Below, in pieces: positions 55,154 to 64,000 of a stretch of DNA of 64,000 bases. The position numbers and the translations under genes are program-made. The stretch's first letter is position 1. Each line of letters opens with the position of its first letter. The notes under the pieces were generated by a model, which was given only the letters and a program-made list of their open reading frames with translations, made no database searches and was not told the DNA's origin. The stretch lies in contig OZ024745.1 of NCBI GenBank assembly GCA_964016885.1, positions 67,890,001 to 67,954,000 on the forward strand, read 5' to 3'. The DNA comes from Eledone cirrhosa (taxonomy: Eukaryota).

Positions 55154-56785
55154 TATATATGTTGAACAATGAAAACAAAAGTTTAATGTTTAATCAGTTC
55201 ATTGTTTTACGATCGTTTCAGATGGTTGATTGATCATGATAAATGGGAATCGAACCAACGATCGTATGCCCACCACCCTAATCATTAGACCCCTCACGCA
55301 GCATGGCCGACGTAATCAAGACGTTAATTTCTTAATCATTAGGTTCCGGGTTCTTAGACAAACGTCATTTATCATTGCCTCAGGTCGATCCGAGCTTTGT
55401 GAGTGAAATTGGGTAGACAGAAACTGTTTGGAAGCCCACCTAATGTACAGTAGATGTAATTTAAAGTCCCAGTCTTGTCATACACATACACTGAGTTATG
55501 CTGAATTCCTTGATAATTACTTTAAGGGTACACGTGTCTGTAGAATGCTCAGCCACGTACACGTTAATCTTTGGAGCAGGTTGTTTCTTTGATCAAACAA
55601 TGGTAACACTCATCACCTAACCACTAGACCTTCACGTTGTCGCATTACTATTGTTTAAAATTAATATTTTAAAATAGTTTTACACACACATACATGCATA
55701 TATGCACACATGCATACACGCATACATGTATACATGTAGGCATGGATCCATCTACCCACTTTCCCATTCATACGTGTACATATTAATGTATTTAACATGC
55801 ATGCATGAATACAAACAGTACATACACATATACATACATACATACACAAACGCACACACACACACACACACACAAATATATATATATATATATACGTGTA
55901 TGTGTGAGTGCGCATACATATACACATGTATGAAAACAGAAAGGCGTAGACACATACACATCATCCAAGATGTAAGAATTCTCCCATTGCCACTCTCAAC
56001 AAATATATCTTTATTTCTCAGTTGTTTGTGTCTTCACCAATTTCAGGTTCCCTATAATTTAATTCATACGAGGAAATTACTGTTTGACCTCATAGAGAGG
56101 TGTCATGTTGTGTTAACAATTAATAAGGTAAAGACAAGTTATACCTTACTGTATAACAAAAGAAAAACACGTCAATGATAAAGACAACATACAGGTGCGA
56201 TGGAAGAATTCGATATTTGCAGATAACCTTAGGGATATAATAATAGTTGACAATATTAGAAGTTTTGATGTTGAGTGAATAATGGGATTATCATATGGTT
56301 CATTAGAGGGTGGTATTAAAGGAATTTACGCAGAAAATTAGTAGTTCAGTGTTGAAATGAACTCTGGTAAAAAGGTCGCAACTATGCCAGAATCTAAAAG
56401 CTTCGCAATCAGCCGTTGTATGACATTGTGTTAAAAGGAAGAACAAAGCGACCCTTATAAATCTAATCAAATGATGTAAAGAGATAGGTCGGGTGAGATA
56501 ACAACACAATGTGTATTCATGAGTGGTTTAAATGAACGGTGTTTAAATGAACGGTGTTTAAATGAACAGCGTAGCAACATCGCAACACAAGAGGTTGATT
56601 CAGTCTAATGGGAAAGGATTTGTAAAGAGCGGTTAAAAAGACTATTGAAGTAGAATGAATAACAAGGGGTTAAAATGGTATCGTTATTGCAGTTGAATCT
56701 CATTTAGGATATATATATATATAGCTGTAGAATGAATAACGGGTGGGTAATTCGGTATTGCTAGTGCGCTTGAATCTCATCTAGG

Positions 56786-56839
<54 letters not shown>

Positions 56840-56994
56840 GAAAAACAATTATCAGAAAAATAAAAAGAATAAAACAAAAATATTAACACACTAAAATACT
56901 GCCAACAGCAACACACGCATTCAATGGCTATTACCCTGCTTGAGTAAAAAAAAATATAACCTCCAGTAATGCATGATGACCATCATCAATAACC

Positions 56995-58920
56995 AGAGAA
57001 TAGCTAAAGAGAGGTGGGCCATTGAGAAAATCAAACTCAACCCCAAAGTGTTCTTCTCGCTAAAAAACACAAGGTCACCGTCTCCACTGTTGGCCCCCTA
57101 GTTGATGAAAATGGCACACTCCAGGACAATGCCAAAACCATGGGCGAGATACTGCAGAAACAATACTGCTCTGTTTTCAGCAACCCTGATATGGCCGATC
57201 TGGACCGTATCCGTGATATTAACCCTCAACACACTATATCAGACATAACGTTTGGCGCCCCTGATGTCTTAGCGGCAATAAACGAAATTAAACACAATTC
57301 AGCAGTAGGCCCCGACAGGTTCCCTGCTTGTGTCCTGAAGGTGTGTCGACACCAACTTGCATCTCCTTTTGCTAATCTGTGGAGGAAATCACTGGACACT
57401 GGCTATATTCCTGAAAGCTTTCTGTCCCAGTCCGTTGTCCCAGTCTTCAAAAAGGGAAATAAGTCCCTTGCAGTGAACTACCGTCCGATCTCACTCACTT
57501 CTCATATTATCAAGGTATTTGAGAGGGTGGTGAGATCACGAATACCCACTTTCTTGAAAGCAACGGCCTGCTGAACTCCAACCAACATGGATTCCGTAAT
57601 GGAAAGGACTGCCTAACGCAGCTCCTGCATCACTTTGACGATGTTTTGAGAGCCTTGGGAGAGGGCTCCAACACTGATGTCATCTACCTTGATTTCAGCA
57701 AGGCCTTCGACAGGGTTGATCATAAGATTCTACTGAAGAAACTATCCAATGTTGGTGTCTCTGGAAGGTTACTACAGTGGATCAAATGTTTCCTGACAGG
57801 CAGAACCCAGCATGTTGTAGTCGAAGGAGTAAAATCAAGCCCTGCCAAAGCCAGCAGTGGCGTCCCACAAGGCACTGTGTTGGGCCCACTTCATCATCTA
57901 CATTAATGACATTACTGACATCATCAAACACAGCAACATCAGAATCTTCGCAGATGATTCCAAGCTCCAAAGAGTCATCAATGAGGTGGGTGACCGGACT
58001 TGCCTTCAGTCAGACCTACTGGCTGCTATCCAATGGGCAGAGATGAATAATATGCTGTTGAATGAGGATAAATTTGAACTAATCCACTTTGGAAAAAAGG
58101 ATGCCCTGAAACTACCATACTCTCTTCCTTCGGGTGAAACTCTAGTGGCTTCCAATAACATCAGAGACCTGGGAGTAATTGTGGACAACAATATAAGCTG
58201 GGCCACTCATATAAACAGCAAAGTTGATATGGCCCGCAGAATGTGTTCCTGGATTCTCAGAACTTTCCAGTCGAGCGATATCCACAATGTTGTCCTTCTC
58301 TTCTCCACTTTTTCCCGACCCCACCTTGAATACTGTTGTCTACTGTGGCCACCCCACACGAAACAAAATATCATGAAAGTTGAAGCACCACAAAGGTCAA
58401 TTACAAAAAAGATAGTTGGCATGACAGGCCTTGACTATTGGGGTCGATTAGAAAAGCTCAAACTTTATTCTCTTCAACGTCACCGTGAGCGCTACATTAT
58501 CTGTATGATGTGGAAAATATTCCATCAGCTTAGCCCAAATGATGTTGGCATCACCTTTAGTGTACACCCAAGGCTAGGGCCCCGTGCTATCCGCCCACGA
58601 CAAAAATCCCACTTGCATCACATAACAACAATACAGCACAATTATTTCACCTCAATTGGCCCTGCACTCTTTAACATTACACCAAAACACATCAAACAGA
58701 GACAGACCCCATCAAGTTCAAGAAGTCTTTGGATAAATTCCTTCAAGAAGTCCCGGATAAGCCTCCTACACCCGGATATGCCTCCGTAAACAATAACTCT
58801 CTGCTCGAGTGGGCCATGGTGCCCAAACACTTATTTGTAAGACTTCGCCAGGTGATGCTAGTAAGTTAGACATGGCCTGGGCCATTACTGGCCGAAACGT
58901 ATCAAAGTTATCAAAGTTAT
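56995..58920 (+). mobile_element. CR1-type LINE, 5'-truncated, frameshifted RT
   Basis: GPD, NYRPISLTS, YLDFSKAFDRVDH, GVPQGTVLGP, FADDSKL, DLGV and RPHLEYC; (TATCAAAGT)2 tail. Confidence 0.9.
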
Positions 58921-58990
58921 ATATATGTATGTATGTATATATATATATATATATATACATACATATATACATACATATATATATATATAT

Positions 58991-59399
58991 CCGGGAGAGA
59001 TGACCCCTTAGCCTTTGTCAAGGCAGAATTCTAGGAGAAGGAAAACTCTGATATAACACCTGCAACCCTGATGGTATCCAATGATGTTGACTTGTTCTTC
59101 TTTTTGGTAAATATCATCTTGGTTAAGAGAGTGGGACTGGCTTTGTGCAGTGCCTTTGCTCACTATAAAAGCTTCACGGCACAGGCATTGCTTTATATCT
59201 GGAGATCTCTCTGCACTTGTCGTCACATGGTACCATGGGCCCAGCACTATGTGTCAGTAATTGTCACAAGTGTAGTGTTTGTACCAGAGTTTTCAAGTCG
59301 CTGGCTGGACTAAAAAGTCACACTCGTTCAGCGCATCGGTAGGGGTTCTCCTACATGGATATAAAGTAGTGGCCGTACTCGAAAACGAGTTGGCAGCCA

Positions 59400-59401
<2 letters not shown>
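58991..59401 (+). mobile_element. Non-autonomous RTE-derived element (3rd copy)
   Basis: Near-identical to 38570-38967. Confidence 0.75.
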
Positions 59402-59471
<70 letters not shown>

Positions 59472-59489
59472 ATACATATATACATATAC

Positions 59490-59577
<88 letters not shown>

Positions 59578-59578
59578 G

Positions 59579-59707
<129 letters not shown>

Positions 59708-59894
59708 CGAGGGAAAAGTGGTAAGGAACCAGGTGGACCATAACGCACCAAAGTACTCAATACTTAGGGTAGTAGAGTGGGTAATATATATATATATAGG
59801 TATATGTATATATATATGTATATATATATATACATATACATATATACATATACATATATATATATACATATATATATGTATAATATACATATAC

Positions 59895-59984
<90 letters not shown>

Positions 59985-60027
59985 GAATATATGTATATAT
60001 ATATATATGTATATATATGTATATGTA

Positions 60028-60173
<146 letters not shown>

Positions 60174-60202
60174 TATATGTATATATGTATATATATATAT
60201 AT

Positions 60203-60740
60203 ATATATAATCAAGGTTTAGCAAATTTGAAAAAGTTTCAAAATAAATTTCAAAAGATTCACTGTACTTACTATGGTTACCTTTACCGAATCGGTTTCGA
60301 GTCTCAAAAATAAATGGATAGTCCTTGCGAGCCTGCATTGAAAAGATAAACTCTCGTCAGAAGGTTCTTTTCACTCGGAGAATATAAAATTCCCGAATTC
60401 GAATTACGAACTGGCGCTATTCAAAATTGTTCCCGAGATGAGAATGAATGATGTGGAAGCAATTCTGTCCAGTGCCGTGTGCAAAGATAGAAGGCAGGGG
60501 CAGGGAGGTCAATCTACTACCACTATAAATAGCAGTAGACAAAACGACCAAATTTTATCTCGACCAGGGGGAGATTAATAATAATAAAGTATATATCCCT
60601 ACACGCAAAAAACGTATAGGGTCACATGTATTATCCAACCATATGCCAATGTGGTTCAAAGGCAGGTTAATAAATTAACGAGCCAGAACATATATAATCA
60701 AGGTTTAGCAAATAAGAAAAAGTTTCAAAATAAATCTCAA
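60203..60740 (-). mobile_element. Terminally redundant hammerhead-bearing element (~487 bp unit)
   Basis: ~50 bp direct repeats at 60203-60253 and 60690-60740 enclose a complete hammerhead. Confidence 0.7.
60279..60365 (-). ncRNA. Type I hammerhead ribozyme (intact core)
   Basis: Minus strand: ACCTT-CTGACGA-GAGTTT...AGACTC-GAAA-CCGATTCGG-TA-AAGGT. GUA cleavage falls between 60284 and 60283. Confidence 0.85.
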
Positions 60741-60831
60741 GCCGTTTCGACGGCTACTTCTGGACTATATATTTTAGTCCAGAAGTAGCCGTCGAAACGG
60801 CTTGAGCTCAGCCGTCGGGGTCCTACTCGTT

Positions 60832-60834
<3 letters not shown>
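60736..60834 (-). mobile_element. Hammerhead-derived palindromic mini-element (tail displaced to 59706-59785)
   Basis: Perfect 32-bp arms 60736-60767 / 60775-60806; same family as 61524-61716. Confidence 0.8.
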
Positions 60835-60878
<44 letters not shown>

Positions 60879-60883
60879 ATATA

Positions 60884-61070
<187 letters not shown>

Positions 61071-61118
61071 AATGTCTGATTCTGATATATATATAAAATA
61101 AATGTCTGATTCTGAGTT

Positions 61119-61209
61119 TATCCCCTGATGAAACCTAACTAAATATCCTAACAGGATATTTCCATATTATTTGGATGTCCTAAATAAGGAAGAAACCATG
61201 GTAGGGATA
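61119..61209 (+). ncRNA. Type I hammerhead ribozyme with branched stem II
   Basis: TATCCC-CTGATGA(61125-31)...GAAA(61192-95)-CCATGG-TA-GGGATA, with palindromic stem III ACCATGGT. The base of stem II has A.A mismatches. Confidence 0.72.
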
Positions 61210-61492
61210 TAATTACGGTATGTGCGCATTTCTTCTAGGTTTAATTTTACTACTAATTAAGTGCGGTTGATGGTATATTTGATCGGATTCCGCATGCTGC
61301 CGAAATGTTTGATAAATAGTGGAACGGAGCTGCTGCGAAGAGGCTACGATCAATTGTTTGTCAGGGATTTCCCCGTAAGAAAATTTATTCTTAAAGCTTG
61401 CTAGATTTGATTTTGTATATGGTTAATTATGCTGATTAGAGGAAGAAATAGTATATATCTTAATATCTGATTGATTCTATAGACATGTTTTA

Positions 61493-61523
<31 letters not shown>

Positions 61524-61527
<4 letters not shown>

Positions 61528-61715
61528 AACGAGTTGGACCCCGACGTTTCGACGGCTACTTCTGGACTAAAATATATAGTCCAGAAGTAGCCGTCGAAAC
61601 GGCTTGAGCTCAGCCGTCGGGGTCCTACTCGTTCCTATTACCCACTCTACTACCCTAAGTATTGAGTACTTTGGTGCGTTATGGTCCACTTGGTTCCTTA
61701 CCACATTTCCTTCGT

Positions 61716-61716
<1 letters not shown>
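61524..61716 (+). mobile_element. Hammerhead-derived palindromic mini-element in (TA)n
   Basis: Stem II GACGGCTACTTCTGGACTA/TAGTCCAGAAGTAGCCGTC, then GAAA-CGGCT-TGAGCTC-AGCCG-TC. The 5' side is an inverted copy rather than CTGANGA. Confidence 0.8.
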
Positions 61717-62280
<564 letters not shown>

Positions 62281-62294
62281 GAGAGAGAGAGAAA

Positions 62295-62327
<33 letters not shown>

Positions 62328-62412
62328 CAAGAAACGAAGCGGGGTGTGTGGTTACTGTAAACAAATTTTAAGATGGCAATATGGACGAAACAAGAGAAGA
62401 ACCCCTAATCAG

Positions 62413-62489
<77 letters not shown>

Positions 62490-62523
62490 CACACACACAC
62501 ATATATAAATATACATATCTATA

Positions 62524-62605
<82 letters not shown>

Positions 62606-62759
62606 CGTATATATACATACATATATCCGTATGTGGTTGACGGCTAAGAGAAAACAGTGCTCAATACTGTAGCAGAGCTTTAATATCCATTTTATTAAGG
62701 CTTAATAGTGAATCGTGTTACACCAGAGTGACACGACTCACTATTTAGGCTTAATAAAA

Positions 62760-62810
<51 letters not shown>

Positions 62811-62971
62811 ATTTTGGTATAATATGTGTTAGTTAAAAACCTGATACAAATGCACCCAGGTTAGAGCACTCAACGCAGTATACAAGTAGGTCTGGGTACT
62901 CCGGAGTATATTTATAATAAATAAGGACAAGTCAATAGGTTAGCATTTACTTCATTTACTCATTGTACAAT

Positions 62972-63033
62972 TGCTGTAATACATGTTTTGATGAGAACTG
63001 TTATGCAACAGTTATGACCTCATCAGGCAGCTA
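62972..63033 (-). ncRNA. Decayed hammerhead ribozyme (GAAA>AAAA)
   Basis: Minus strand: GCTGC-CTGATGA-GGTCAT-AACTGTT-GCAT-AACAGTT-CTCATC-AAAA-CATG-TA-TTACAGC. Confidence 0.55.
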
Positions 63034-63051
63034 TTAGTTGAACACACACGC

Positions 63052-63093
<42 letters not shown>

Positions 63094-63337
63094 TATACAC
63101 ACACACGGGAAGATTGTTGTAGACATCGACACCTTATGATAGGAATGAAAATATTAAAATAAAAGGGGAGGTAATCTGTTGAGAGTTGGAATGAAATGAA
63201 AAATATATCAGTTGACGAATGAAAGCTAACCAATACAAATATCGATAAAGATCGAAATGTAATATCAATATCATCATGGAATCGATCTCAGGTTTTATAT
63301 CAGTGAGTTATTTTTTTGAAAGTCTGTTACTAAATAT

Positions 63338-63556
63338 AGCTTCTGATATAGGCACAAGGCCAGCAATTTTGGGGGAGGGAGAAGTCGATTAAATCGACCT
63401 CAGTGCGTGACTGGTACTTTATTTTATCGACCCCGTAAGGATGAAAGGCAAAGTTAACCTCGGCGGGATTTGAACTCAGATCATAAAGGGCCATAACTCT
63501 CTGCTGCAAAGTATGGCGTCCGACCCTCAACCGATACTGCCAATCCACCGCCCCTG
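63338..63556 (-). mobile_element. Full-length tRNA-derived SINE with 16-bp TSD
   Basis: TSD GTCTGTTACTAAATAT at 63322-63337 and 63557-63572. Confidence 0.93.
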
Positions 63557-63656
63557 GTCTGTTACTAAATATGACAACATATTTACAATATTTCCTTAAC
63601 GGATATCACTTCGTGTGTGAACGTGTGACTTCACATCATGACTCCAGACACACACT

Positions 63657-63693
<37 letters not shown>

Positions 63694-63914
63694 GCACACA
63701 CACACGCACCCCCCCCCCACACACACTCGTACGCACACACACACATACAAACATATATACACACCAACGCAAATATATACACACACACACACATGAACAT
63801 GTACACATACAGACACGCGCATACACATCCAGACGCACACACAGAGACAAACTCATGTGCACACATGTGCACGCATACACGCACAAACGCACATATACAC
63901 ACATTTACACACAC

Positions 63915-63968
<54 letters not shown>

Positions 63969-64000
63969 GCATACATACAAATCTCCACAGACACGCCCAG

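Noticed and set aside
58845-58915. GGCC..GGCCGAAAC in the CR1 3' UTR as a hammerhead
   Set aside because: No CTGANGA upstream; an ordinary LINE 3' stem-loop.
60765-60777. Flip/flop loop isomers between the 60736 and 61524 palindromes
   Set aside because: Explained by the 60736 copy simply lying in the minus orientation.

Overview
This is AT-rich, microsatellite-saturated eukaryotic DNA. The tRNA-derived SINE content points to a cephalopod, probably an octopus (inference). No host protein-coding gene can be supported, and nearly all long ORFs in the track are translated microsatellites or retroelement remnants. The window holds three Tx1/L1-clade LINEs (one near full-length), an R4/Dong-clade RT-REL element, a CR1-type LINE, RTE and CRE-like remnants, a bipartite non-autonomous RTE family, two Tc1/mariner relics, MITEs, a mini-Helitron, about 20 SINEs and several minisatellites. 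The most striking unannotated layer is a set of short, mutually unrelated elements sitting in (TA)n tracts. They carry type I hammerhead ribozymes, with full CUGANGA/GAAA/NUH cores at 23046-23106, 60279-60365 (-) and 61119-61209 and decayed versions elsewhere. Several are fold-back palindromes whose turning point is the ribozyme stem II, with the CUGANGA half replaced by an inverted copy of the GAAA half. This suggests a Penelope-like or retrozyme-type system with hairpin-primed second-strand synthesis that targets TA repeats. The LINE families also appear to partition by microsatellite target: (TATC)n, (ATT)n, (TACA)n and (TA)n.
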